A stretch of 63,999 nt of DNA, counting the filler, from Bipalium vagum (Eukaryota): NCBI GenBank assembly GCA_037834085.1. It is 3 parts of 3 records of this genome, joined end to end, with 100 filler letters (N's around TTAATTAATTAA, not from the genome) between each part and the next. Parts side by side here need not be neighbours in the genome. Positions count along the whole stretch, not along the records: positions 28,545 to 45,011 come from JBBMKC010110260.1; 2 more parts are not named here. One strand, written 5' to 3'. A program made the position numbers and the translations under genes. A model generated the notes under the pieces. That model was not told the origin of the DNA and made no database searches. It was given only the letters and a program-made list of their open reading frames with translations. Positions 28,445-41,545 of the stretch are shown piece by piece; position 1 is the first letter of the stretch; each line of letters opens with the position of its first letter.

Positions 28445-28544
28445 NNNNNNNNNNNNNNNNNNNNNNNNNNNNNNNNNNNNNNNNNNNNTTAATTAATTAA
28501 NNNNNNNNNNNNNNNNNNNNNNNNNNNNNNNNNNNNNNNNNNNN
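28445..28544. other. Assembly gap with synthetic linker (N44-TTAATTAATTAA-N44)
   Basis: Exactly 100 nt; an identical construct lies at 45012-45111. Confidence 0.95.
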
Positions 28545-28714
28545 AAATAAATAAAATAAATAAATAAATAAAATTACACAAATTATATATTATTTTTTAT
28601 ACAACAACTGAATCACTAAATAATCACTAAATAACCAATAATGTTATTATTTTGAAAATTTGGATTGCTTTGGGATCGAAGTGTTTGAGGGGTTTGATTG
28701 AATTGGTTGGTCCG

Positions 28715-29482
28715 AAGGTGGGAGTCTCCACAGATCAGACCAGCAATGGACCAACAGTCACCATAATTTCTTATAGTGCAAATTTGGCTTTGGGAAATGT
28801 TTCTGAGCTTTATTTTTATCCAACCATTGTGCCGAACGACGCCGATTGTCCCAGAGAATCCATTTCTCATCACACGTCACGATTCGATTGAGAAATGGGT
28901 GGCGGTTTTTGCGCAAAAGCAGAGAAAATTCCACTTCGCAACGACGATTTTTTTGTTTTTCGCTCAGGTCAAGTGGCACTCACTTATCTATCTTTTTCAC
29001 CTTTCCAATCTCGTCTAAGTGACGAATGTGGTATGATCAACCGCAAGTTCCGCTCCGATTTCTCTTGTGGATTTTGATGAATCAGCTTCAATTATTTTCT
29101 TTAATTTATGATTGTCAACTTTACATGAACGACTGCGACCATCCTCATCTTCAAAGGTATCATCTCCCTGATGAAACTGTTTAAACCAACGTTGCACCAT
29201 ACGCTGATTCACAGTTGCAGGACCAAATGCATTATTCATTTTGCGAGCCGTTTCAGTAGCATTTGTGCCTAATTTGTATTCGTACAAAAAATGGTGCGAT
29301 ATTGATATTTTTCCATATTCGGTTAAATCACCTAAAAAAAGATAATTAAGAAATATTTTAAATAATTTATAATAAAATTTACTTTGTAAAAATTTTACGT
29401 TCAAAGATTTATCAAAATATTTATTAAAATGAATAAAATTAATGAATTGCCAAAAAAGGACATTATTTTTGCACCAACCTAA
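28715..29482 (-). mobile_element. 3'-truncated mariner
   Basis: TIR TTAGGTTGGTGCAAAAATAATG. Motifs FLYEYKLGTNATETARKMNNAFG...QRWFKQF and FLNRIVTCDEKWILWDN. Confidence 0.85.
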
Positions 29483-29557
29483 TAATTAGACATATTTAAG
29501 CCTGGTTTGATGAACCATTTAGTCGCAAATTAAGTCAAAAATAGTTTTTTAACAGGA

Positions 29558-30373
29558 TTGTCATTATTTATGTCTTGTAAGAGATATTTTTTACACTCGT
29601 TTTTTATAATATTTTCAAATGAGATAATGAAAATAAAAAATCAGTGCCTTGCTTCTGGTAAAAATGCTTTCACAATCTCCGAAGTTTATTTCAATATTTC
29701 ATTTTATCAATATAAATTATCAATAAATAATATAAATCAGATATTAATGAAGAATATGGAGAAAATGGAAAATTCAAAAAATTTACGAGAAAAGGAATTA
29801 CAAAACTTAAAGTGCAAAAGGCATAATAATTATTGTCTTTTAGAATGGAACAGAGACAGTGAAATATGTTTCGAAAAAAATAATGAATGTTTTAAAGATT
29901 CTTTTATATCAAAAAAGAAAGATCGTTTAAGATACACAGATAATTCCTCTTTAGACATCAAACAGCTAAGTGATAAATATCGATCAGGTCTTGATATAAA
30001 TTTAACGATAGATACTCAAGACTATGACATTTTCTGCAAGTATGAAATACAAAAGCTAAAAAATCGCTTAGTCGACACTTTGGGAACTGATACTCTTATG
30101 ATGCACGATTCTCAATTTTTGAGATATGCATCAACAATATTTCAGGCCAAAGAAGATTCAAAAATCAAGTCAAATGAAAAAAAACTTAAAAATATTGAAA
30201 AACTAAGAGTTGATCCTATTTCTCGGATGGATATCATAAAATCAAGGTCAAAGAAAGCCAAAACAAAATTCGATGCTAATAAAAAGAAAAAATTATCACA
30301 AAGAAAAGGAGATGTTTGTGATAAGAAAACAATCGACAGAATTAATGAAGTTATTAAAGCACCTCTTAATTAA
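29558..30373 (+). CDS. Orphan Lys-rich ORF (likely start ATG near 29747 or acceptor at 29741); unknown function
   Basis: 271 open codons in very AT-rich DNA; no transposon motif recognised. Confidence 0.5.
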   Translation: MSLFMSCKRYFLHSFFIIFSNEIMKIKNQCLASGKNAFTISEVYFNISFYQYKLSINNINQILMKNMEKMENSKNLREKELQNLKCKRHNNYCLLEWNRDSEICFEKNNECFKDSFISKKKDRLRYTDNSSLDIKQLSDKYRSGLDINLTIDTQDYDIFCKYEIQKLKNRLVDTLGTDTLMMHDSQFLRYASTIFQAKEDSKIKSNEKKLKNIEKLRVDPISRMDIIKSRSKKAKTKFDANKKKKLSQRKGDVCDKKTIDRINEVIKAPLN

Positions 30374-33300
30374 ATATTTCAAAAAGAATATAAGTGATTC
30401 AATAAACACCACGCACGAAATATCATTACAAATATGTAAAAATATTAAATGCATTATTAAAACAAAAGATTTCAAATATTGAAATTAATATTTTATTATT
30501 AATGCCAAGAATATATACTTATCATAAAAACAATAGATAAAGGTTAATTATTTATTGTTTTCAACGTTTATTTCTTTATATATATACATTTCTTTATATG
30601 CATGTATAGTTCAATTTTCGATGATATAATAAATATTTTAGTTCTTTTCAAATCATCAAAACAGCGAGATATTTTATTGTAGTAAACAATAAATTGGTTT
30701 TAATTTATTTTCTAGTTATTTAATTCTCTGTATTTATTAATAATAAAAAATTGTAAGAGATTTTTAATTAATACTGAGATGATCATTAAAGTCTATACAC
30801 AGATGCTTAAAAGTAAAAAGAAAGAAAAAATCTCATGTAATTTTGTGAAAAAAATTAATAATTTATTTAATTGAAAAATGGCTTAGATTTTCGTTTATCG
30901 TTTATGCATTATTAATACTCTAAATTTTCAATTAATTCCCCAGTCCCAAATAAATCCCCACCAAGCCTTTTTTGCAATATGAGCTTGAAGATGATTGAAA
31001 ATCGAATGGATATAGTCTCCATTAGTTCGTGATCTGATGTATTTGATATAAAAAATTGAGAATATCTGAATAAATTTTTGTTTTTTATTTATTATTTGGG
31101 GTTTTATTACTGTACTTTTATTAACAAATTTAATAGTTCCCCATCGGGTATTTTTTGAACCTCGGGAGACTAATCCCCTTGCGGAATTAATCGAAGATTT
31201 AGAATATTAATATTCATTTTTTCAATTATTAGAAATTTAAAATATTATCAATTATTAAGTCCATATCATAATATTTCAAAAGAGGGATACATAGGCTCAA
31301 ATCCTATAATACATTTTTTTCATTTTAAATTTTCATTTTATTATAGAGTACTTTGAAGTCATTATTTATGAAAGAACTGTACACAAACACTATTCTTGAT
31401 ACATTGAAAAAAATTTCCACTTATGTGATTTTCTGACTCTATGATGGATATTTGACTTAGTTTAGATCTAACTGTTAATTTATTTAGGAAAACTCATGTA
31501 TAGCCATGATTTAGGAACACTTGAGAAATTACAGAAAATCTGAAATAATGAGAAACCAAAAGATTCAAGAAGTCAAGAGTAACATGTCTAGAACACGAAA
31601 AACGTTCAAGAATAAATAGCGGAACTATAAAAAAAGACATTTGTATAGTTTTCGAAAAAAGTTCAAATTGCTAAAAAAGTGAAAAATTTTTTTGTTCTGT
31701 CGAAAAGTTTAATTTCAAACTTTTTTTGAATCAGTTAAAGTATTAAATTATAATTAGTTTCACAATCGCTTGCAGGTGAACCGAACTCAAAATAAAATTA
31801 AAACTTTTATTTGAGAACCTTTGAGAATAGTATTGAAGTTTGACATGAATTTTTCTTATACCTTTTCTTCCGGATTTCATCTTCAAAAAATTGTAAAAAT
31901 GTCCTTTTATGATCCCATAAATATAACATTTTTATAATGCAGCTGATTGACTTAGTTGGATTATGTAAATTCATTAATTCCTTATCATAATCTTAATCAA
32001 ATTTTGGAGCCTATTACAAGTTTTTCAAAAAATTTTTCAATAATCTTTTAAAGTGACAAATAAAAAATTGTTATAAATTACTTCAGATTTGATTCAGATA
32101 AACGAAACAAATAAATTTCCAGAAATGTTTACTTAATCTTTTAAATATATGTATTAAAAATAGAAAGTGTTAAAAGTTATATTAAGGCTTAAAAATCTTT
32201 CAGAAGCAGGCGACTGGTTGGCCATTCACTCGTCTATCTATCATCTTTGATCTTTACAGAATTTCCATTTATTTTGATTTACGTGACGAAGTCATACAGC
32301 CAAAATAGCGAAGCCTACAATTAATTTAATTACTAATTAACAGTAAACTGTTAATTGTTTTATGACCATTAATTCTAATTAATCTTAATTGATAAATCAT
32401 CATCTCACAACTTGTCTTACAATATTAAAAATTATGTAGTTTTTCGAGAAGTAGATTAGTAAAACAATTTAATAAAACATTTGGTTGAACTTTGATATCA
32501 CTGCAGGTCTTTTGTCAATGTTAATTTAATATTTATCATTTTAATATTTCTAATGTTATACATTTTTTTAGAATCCAGGCTTAGGGTGATTTTTTTAATT
32601 AGAGGAGCGTAGCAACTTTAATAGCGACCACTTTGGTTAAATTTAAATAATATACTATATAGTTACAAAAGTAAAGTTAAAAATTAATATTAGTTTGAGA
32701 TTAAATTAATGATTTAAATAAAGAATGAGATCTATTGAGATCCAAACATTTGGCTCTATATTTTTGAAAACTTGGATTAATCGACAATTCTTTAAAAATA
32801 TATTCTATATTGTAATAATTTTATTCGTATTTTAGAACAATTTAATAAATTGTTAACAAAATTAAAGTGCTTATTCTCAGACGACATATGGTTTGAAAAA
32901 TATAGTCTGACAGAGGAATTTCGGGGAATCGTAAAATCTAGCAATTTTAAAAGATGAAAAACCTAACAAGATTATCAAGACATCCTTTTACTTAAGCAGA
33001 GATTATATCAGATAATATAAAGAAATAAGACTCGGTCAAAAAAAACATGATCATAATTCTCTTGATTTACCAAACTTTGGTTAATAAGAAAAACTTAGTG
33101 ACATAATTGTTTTGGGATTTATAACTCATTTTATAAAGATAGAAATTAAATTTTAAAGAATTTTATTTTCATTTCTAAAATTAAATATTCAAATTATTTT
33201 TATTGGTAATACAGTTAAACTTCTCTATAACGACACCCCTCGGGAACAGCCAAACTGTTGTTATATAGAGGATGTCGTTACATGGAAGTTCCATTATATA

Positions 33301-36300
33301 AATCAGAAAAAATAACAATAAAACATAATTCATTAAAAATGGATAATCTGTGTTAATAATAAATCAATGTTATAATGAAGATGTTGAACTTCTTCTGGAT
33401 AGAATTTATAAATCTGACTGGATTTTTTCAGAAAATACAAAAACACGTAAAATGATTGAAAAATGTAAATTTCGTATGTCACTTGAAAGTTTTAAAGCAA
33501 AATTAAAACAATTTAACTTTTAATAAATTAATAATTAATGATTTTTATGATTGGTTTTAAAATTGTTTTAATACCTTTTCAAATTGTTCACGAAACTGGT
33601 GATTTTCAGAAATAATTTTTGGTCTTTCTAAAACTTTAAAAAAAACTAATGTCCCAGGTTTCGTCACATTTTAGATTTCAAAAATAGAAAAAATGCAAAG
33701 TATAAATGTGAAATATGTAATTTAATTGAAGCGCAATATATTAAGTTTATTGTAATATCGATAAAATAAAATTATTTTCTTGTAAATCTAATACACGAAT
33801 TTATTGGTCAAAAGATTGGAGTTAGGTTAATGTATCTCTTCTCTTTTAGATAGTATTAAATGTATAGAAGTTAGGAACCGTTAAAGTACTCTAAAATGTT
33901 AATGAATGATTCTACTTCCAATAAGTAAAAAATTATTTGAGCAATCTCTACGTTAAATTTAAAATCACATGCAACATTTGAGAGTGAGGTCCTGATAAAC
34001 TATTAAACAATCATATTACCTATACACATTTATAATAAAGTGCTTAATTATTTCTTGTCTTGGGTTTTAAAATATATTTTTATTGCATTAGCATATCCGA
34101 GAAATGAAATAGGAAACGCTCTTTGATGTTATCTGAAGGCTAACATTGCTAAATAATTATTGGTATAAGTTAAATACCATATCCATTTTAAAAACCATTT
34201 AAATAAATTTTTTAAAACTTAAATACTGGTTTCATAAAATAAAAGAAAATTAAATTATTGTTCAAAAATGTGAATATCGGTATAGTCTGAATTGAGTATG
34301 AAATGCAAATTTCCGCCACAATTGCGCTCTACACGCTGTGAGTGAGTCTTTCAAAGCATCAATAGTCATTTTATATTCAGGTCAGAATATGACCATCTCA
34401 ATATATAGACAACTACTGAAACACTTTATTGTAACACCACATTCTCTTTGGAGAATATACCATCTCGATAACTAATTCACACATCTCAGACCTTCCCGGG
34501 TGTAATAGAGTAATGAGTACTTAAATTGACACCCAATGTGGCTACGATATCCATTTAAAGTTAAATCACAAAGCTTTTGGGTTAATATCTAAATTTCCTT
34601 ACAATATCAACTCATTTACATGAGCATTTAAAATAGATTTGAATCCAATGCTTATTAAATATTATGGAGTAAAACAATACTTTAAAAATCAATCCAGATA
34701 ACACTGTGGACCTTAAATATCAATTAATATATTTTTCAGATTTCTTGAATTTCATTAAGTTCAAATTACTTACAAATTTGTCAGGCACTATTTAATTTAA
34801 TATTCTTTAAGTATTACGTAATTTTTTTCGTTTAGAAAAATATATAAATATAATGTTAAACATGATAATAAAAGGCAAAGCTCAAAGAAAACTATCTTTA
34901 TTTTGTGAATATTTTACACAATACCTAACTTACTCATTTCTGTCCTTATCAGAGAATTACGATGGTTACCTTTTCAATTAGTTGGGTGAAAATCTTTTTA
35001 CAAAGATCGGCATAACGTCTTTGCCAACTAGCAAAGTTTTCTGGTCACTAGCATTCAATTTCCGTTTACCATAGTTTCTGTTTCTTCTCGTATCTTATAG
35101 GTTGATAACATCGTTCCATAAAATCCCTTTATATTTGTCTAATAATTGTTCTCTTTTCTTTACGTTTGTTACTGCCACATCATTGAATTCATAAGTGAAG
35201 GTTGAATGTAATAAAATTTTTTAAAAATTGTGATCATGTCCACTGAAAATCACAGAAGAAATATTGTAACAAATTTTGACATTGCCTCGTGTTAATTATA
35301 ACATTTCATTTTCAGAATGATAAAAAATAATTTAAATTTCGAAACAATTTTCAAAATTCTTAATATTCTCTTATTTTTGAATTCATACTTATTCGTTTAA
35401 AACTTAAGTTAAAGTATTAGATTTATGAGAATGACTCCGGTTGGTTTTAATAAAAAACAAAATGCTTTTCTTAGTTTTATTTAAAATAATTTAAAGATTT
35501 TATATTATTAACAAAGACCGTCGAATGGATTCATAGAGCGAAATAAATGGAAATTCGAAATATTGAGGAATTCATTTTCAACATCCTGTAAGAATAATTT
35601 GCAAAAAAATTATTTTCTGTCTTTGAGGGCAAATGGTATTTCGACTTTCAATGTCCTTTTTAATCAATCTATGTGGGATGTGATTGCCTAATTTTCTAAT
35701 CATTCCTGTTTGTTGTATGTTGTGGGTTGAAAGCTAATGTAACATTATATAGAGGCCCGTTCAGATTTGTGCTTGACATGTGTTTTTATTAAGTAAAATT
35801 GATAATTTTTATATCCACAGACATTTTGTGGTTTCTGATTTGGCAAAGTCAATCTCTCCATATCGTATCAAATGAAGTATGTGCTCCTTACATTTCTACA
35901 AGCTAGCAGTGCGTTTCTGCTACTGTTGTCTTTGCAATATAGTGATGTAAAAATAGTTCCAACAAATATTGTTTATTCGAAATAAAATTGGACATTTTGA
36001 AATAATGTATTATTTAAACGAAACATATTTAAATAGTCATTAATTTTACAAATAAATATATTTTGTGAACCCCGGAGTTTTTCTCTTTAATAATACAGTA
36101 GTTTTCGAGCTACTTGAAATTTAACGGATCGCAATAGATAATAGAAAGTAATTCATTTAATCCAAAACACAAAATATTATTTCATGTGATCTTATCCATT
36201 TTCAATATATTTCCAAATTATTGAATGTCCTTGTAAAATAATCAGTATTGGCATCAGCGACACTTTGCCAACATTCTAAGAGTTTATTAATCCCGTTTTT

Positions 36301-38484
36301 AAAGAGTTTGGATTGCGGAATTCAACAAGATTATTGATGTCAAAAAATTGGTATTCTTTAATTAATATAATTTTAATTGAAATTAATTTAAGTATTTATT
36401 TTAAATATACAACTTTCACAAGTACAACTTTAACATTTTCAATTCTTTTTTTTTTCAAAATTATAAGATTTACATAATATTCGTTTTACATTACAGCAGT
36501 TTTAATTTAATTTAAAACTAATTTTGGAACTATCTTACAATTGATTGCCACAATATAATTGACAAACATTTTATTTTAATATTCATCTCGTTTAATGATG
36601 ATATTTTTTCTGATGTTCATTTCTATTTTAACCTTCATTACTTCTCTAACTACATTTCAAATTATATAATGGAATGTAATGATTACCCCTTAAGATTATG
36701 TAATAATAACGAGAGTCACCCTAAGTTCACAACCTCCAATCAAATGATCAAATGATTTAAATTGAATAATAAAAAAACCGAATTAATCAATTATTGAATA
36801 TTATTATTTATCGTTATTATTGAATTTAATTTATCCACATTACTTTTAATTTATATCTCATTCTACTCTTCATATTCAACCTATGCTTATTTTTATACAT
36901 AATTATTTTGATGATTTAAATTATTTAATTATCTAAAAATTTAATTATCTAAATATTATGCAAATTAAATAAAACTCGGTTAATAGATAATACACTTTAT
37001 GGAGGAACAAAATTATATTAATCAAATAAAATATGTGGATTTAACCTTTATCTTAAAAACATTAATTAATTAAAAATACGGTTGAAATTCGATTAAAATT
37101 TTGCATTTAAAAGTTCTTTTGCTTATGAGAATCTGTAAAAAAGGCGCTCCTTGGAATCACACTAGTAAAAAAATGTCAAGACCATTAACATAACTTCTGA
37201 TAATCGGACCGATTCTACAGTGTTTGGTATCCTGGGCAGGTTGATGTTCCTGTTGTCCAAAACAGTCAACAGTCATCGGAACTTGTAGTCAATATGTTGA
37301 CTGGACAGATAAATGCAGCTGGTAACATCTCTTAGTCTTCAGAACATCGTCAGAAAGTGCGGCAGTTAAATAATAATAAATCCATTCGAATAATTCACTA
37401 AGTATGAAGTTTTATTTCTCAATGTAATTTCTGTTCAGAGCTCAAACTAAAGTTATTACTCGACAAGAAATATTGATTTTAGTTAAAATAATAACAAAAT
37501 TTAAATTAAAAATTTCGAAACTCCTTCAATTTTATATAATACACTTTTTGTATCATAAAGCAGTTAAATATAATTAATTTATTAAAATATGTATATTCAT
37601 ATTTTATCTTCTTGAAACTTAGATAAGTATAATCGATCTACTCTTTTAATTAAATAAATAAAATTAACCATCGGTTTATAATAATTAAATTCTTTTAGAA
37701 ATATATAATACATTTGAGACTTCAGGATATTAAATTTCTAATTAATTTGAATACTATTTATAAATAAGGAAACGTAAAATTAAGGAAATGTAATTAAAAA
37801 GTTAGATAATTATGATTTTTATTGGATTTTAAAAAATAATTTTTAATATAATTTTGCTTAATTATTTTATTATAAAAGTATGAATATTAGCATAAGCATA
37901 ATTAAAAACGAAAAATATCCAATTGAAATGATAAAAATAAAAAGTCCTATATTATATTGCTTTTTACTATAAAAATTAATTAAATTTGGTAAAAGATGAA
38001 CCATTTTTTATGGTTTATATTTGAATTATTGTTGGGTTTCTTTTTTCTAAGCCGAAATCTTATATGTAATTCCTGTGCACAATACATAAAATAATTTATC
38101 TGTTTATCAATTTGTTTTCTTATACTGAGAAAATGTGAGCCTAATTCCTATGAGAAGAAATGACGAAATATTAATTGAAGATATGTATAAATATTCTGTA
38201 AAATCTCAATCTTTGTGAATTAGGTGGACTTAAATGCTTCTATGCAAACAAAGAAAGGAATATCAGAAGTTTGATCTCCAAGTAATACATATTGTTCCAT
38301 GGTTTTCTAATCCGAAACATATCTGTGTGTTCTGCTTAGTCAAGAGATAATGTAAATGAATCGACAAGAATTTTCATGGTTTTTCTCTATTTTGGCGCAG
38401 TATTTATCCTCTGTAATTGTGTAACCCCCTTTAAATATGCCGTAATGGATTTTGTGAGATATATTGATTAATTTTCAACTAACA

Positions 38485-38494
38485 TGGCGACCAC
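38485..38494 (+). promoter_or_regulatory. Primer-binding site TGGCGACCAC (tRNA-Arg-type 3' end)
   Basis: Immediately follows the LTR-terminal CA; complementary to a ...GTGGTCG-CCA tRNA 3' end. Confidence 0.65.
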
Positions 38495-38618
38495 ACCATG
38501 ACACCAACCAGCAGGCGAAGTCTCAAAAGTAAAAAAGTAAATGAATGAAATGGAAATTGAAGTAAAGAGACTCGGAGCGGTTAAGGGTATGGATGTGAGA
38601 TAAATTGAAAATTAGTCG

Positions 38619-38670
38619 GGGGATGTAACTCAGCGGTCAGAGCAGTCTATGCGCATGTTATGGGTTGCAC
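38619..38670 (+). pseudogene. tRNA-Ala-derived 5' portion (A box, CGC anticodon position)
   Basis: GGGGATG TA ACTC AGCGGTCA GAGC A GTCTA TGCGCAT GTTAT GGGTT GCAC. Confidence 0.75.
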
Positions 38671-40499
38671 AATAGTGACAATTTTGAAAGTGTTGGAAGT
38701 GCGAATAATTGTTCACATTGTTGTTTGTGTGGTTCTCGATGTGGTAAACGCTCCACTGAGTGAAAAAAGGCTACCACTTTCCATTGTTCGAGGAAGTGTT
38801 GTGTAGATCAACATTTGGAAAAATTTTAAAATTCATTTCCTTTAAAAGATTATTTTAAATATTCAGTTTTGCAAGGAAATTTCCCACATGGGTTACATCA
38901 GGTTTTGGAAGAGAAGAGAGAACAGATCATGTGTAGAAATTGTAAATATGATCAAAGTGAAGAGGCCGCGACCTACCGCGAAGATGGCAATAATATGCCT
39001 ACGGATATTTTAAAAGTATTGCAGTGCCAGATATATGATTCTGAGCAAAATTTGAATTCATTGTATGCTCAATACATCAAGAATTTGTCAGATTTTTGTA
39101 ATAATGCTCATTTAAAAACTGAATTTAAAAACAATTTTCAATTAAATGTCACAAATAAAAATGATACTAAAGTTAAGGCCGATTTAATAATAATAATAAA
39201 ACGAGCTAATGATAATGTTGATTCTGAAAGGATTTTTAAAGTAAATGAAATTTCGTATAATAATAATAATAATTATATTATCAAAAGTAATAATGATATT
39301 TTTAATAATTCAATGCTAACACGTGTTTTGTCCAAACGTGAAGAGGTTATTTTTCAATAATTACCCACTGTTACAAAGTATGAACAAAAGACGCGATAGT
39401 TTTCAAAAATGTAAATTATTAAATATTGAAATTAAAAAAATAAGTAAAATAAATGACATTTTGAACATAAAAGATCTAAATAATATTTCCTATAAAAATG
39501 GCAACTTCAGATGCAATGTAAGATTAGATAAAAATCCTTCAGCATCAACAGAAATCAAAAGTAATTCCGAAAAAATCATAACGTCACATCTGATTAATCA
39601 GATAAATCGCCTATTCAATCCTGTACACGATAATTGTAACAGCATTAAGGAGCAGATTAAAATAGTTTAATTATAGGTCAAAAATTGATAAAAAAGCATT
39701 TCGCTTCCTGCTTGGTAGATTGGAGCAAAAGCGTAAATCACTATTATTAAATAAAAATAAATTCCTGATTTTTAAAAATTCTCGCCTGCAATGTCTTGCA
39801 GAGCTTGAGAAATCTATTTTTGATTTTGTTGACTTCATAATCATTCAATTTTCTGCTTTTGTAAATTTTAAGCCATCTTATTTGATACCTTATTTGAATA
39901 AGATGTCTAATGTTCCTGAAGTTGATTGTAAGATTACATCTGAAAATCCTTCAAAATCTTCTCCATGTGAAATATTTTCACCTAATATCTGTGAGACTTC
40001 TCCCATGGACATGTATTGTCCAATCTGCACTGAGAGACGAACTATTTTAATCTTGAGAACAGATTTTGCTCACTTTTTAATCTGTCAGCCTTGCCTTTAT
40101 AGCTTGAATAAAAAATTTAGAAACTTTAGCAAAAGTCAAATTTTAATCAATTGAAACAAAATAGTAATTGGTCTGGTATTGCTTCTGAAAATAAAGTAGA
40201 TACTGCTAATAAAGATAATGATTGTTTAATCTTATATCTGTTGAAGAAACTATTGTTAAGATTCATATAAAAATCCTGAAACTTGATTTTTTCTACATTG
40301 ATTTTTTCTGACATTGTTAAGAGTTCTCTTGAAAATGTAATTCCGATTGCAAAACAAACCAGAGGACAATTAATTGTACCTGATTCGAATTGACAACTTG
40401 TGTCTACAACTGTCCGCACTGTCTTCAATTCCATTGATTTGACAGGTTTAGATAGCACTGATAGTGAGGAGATTGCTGAAAATAGCTACCGGCCTTTCC

Positions 40500-40900
40500 A
40501 GTATAACTCTCTATTTACTAATCTTGATATTCACAGTTTTTTGTGTAAATTTGTTTCGAATAAAACAATTTTTTGTTTAAACCCTCTCGTTGTTTTCGGT
40601 CTTGCAAATAGCAATCAATCTTATCCAAGACTTTGATCAGGCTCTTTTTCTGCTGATAGATTGTTTTGTCCTTTAAAAATTCTAAATAAACACAGGATTG
40701 CTTTCGTTTACTGCAAGACTCATCTAATTTCATTTTATTTCGATCCACTTCCATCTGCGTTTATTCCTGATTATGTAAAAAAACAGATCCAGGTTTTAAA
40801 CACTGCTCTAAATATTGCTTTTGGGATTGATATAAAGTAAATAAACAAGACAATGGCTACGATTGTGGTTCATTTATTGTTGCATTTTTTCAATTGATCA
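40500..40900 (+). pseudogene. Ulp1/SENP-like cysteine protease domain 1 within the LINE
   Basis: CPLKILNKH(R)IAF (His at 40691), YFDPL (Asp at 40742), QDNGYDCGSFI (Cys at 40864). Confidence 0.8.
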
Positions 40901-41149
40901 GCAAAAATTTTGAAGCTGATACTTTGGTTATCTCTCGTAAATTTATTAGTGAAATCAGGAAAAAGCTTTCAAAATTCAGATTTCTCTCAATGTGGTGTCC
41001 CACCTTTCTGATCGTGGTAATATAGATAACGTAAATTATAATGATAATAAAAGGTTAAAAAAATTCCAACTTGCACAAAACCGCTTTCGTTTTCAAATTC
41101 TTTGAACGATCTTTCTTCTCTTTTGTTTTTTAAAGATGATCATTTGATT

Positions 41150-41545
41150 GCCTATTGCTCTCACTATATCAAATGTAAAGAAATTCTTCTTCTTAATCTA
41201 TTGATTAGTAAGGCATTGGTGAATGAAGATTTGACTTTAATTAGCAATTACATCATGTTTAAAATGTTCAAAGTTTGGAAATGGATTTTTGTCCGTTCTT
41301 TCACAATGAAAAGTACTGGGTACTCTTTGCCTGTAATTTTCATGATAAAAGTATTTTTTGTATTGATCTTAATCAAGATTTGTCAAAAACTGATCTCTTT
41401 CCATCAGTTAAATTAATTGCCAAATTTATGACAATGTTTTCCATTAATCAAAGTTTGTTTTCGGCTGTTTCAGAAAGTCCGGCAGATCAGAAAATTAAAT
41501 ATAAGAAAGAGAGAGGTCCTCTTATCTGTGGATGTGATGTTTAGC
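41150..41545 (+). pseudogene. Second, degenerate Ulp1-like domain within the LINE
   Basis: FCPFFHNEKYWVLF...IFCID...ERGPLICG parallels P....HW.L...D...DCG.FI; the His and Cys positions are substituted. Confidence 0.55.

Noticed and set aside
28489-28500. TTAATTAATTAA between N runs (also 45056-45067)
   Set aside because: Synthetic six-frame-stop gap linker in exactly 100-nt gaps; not biological.
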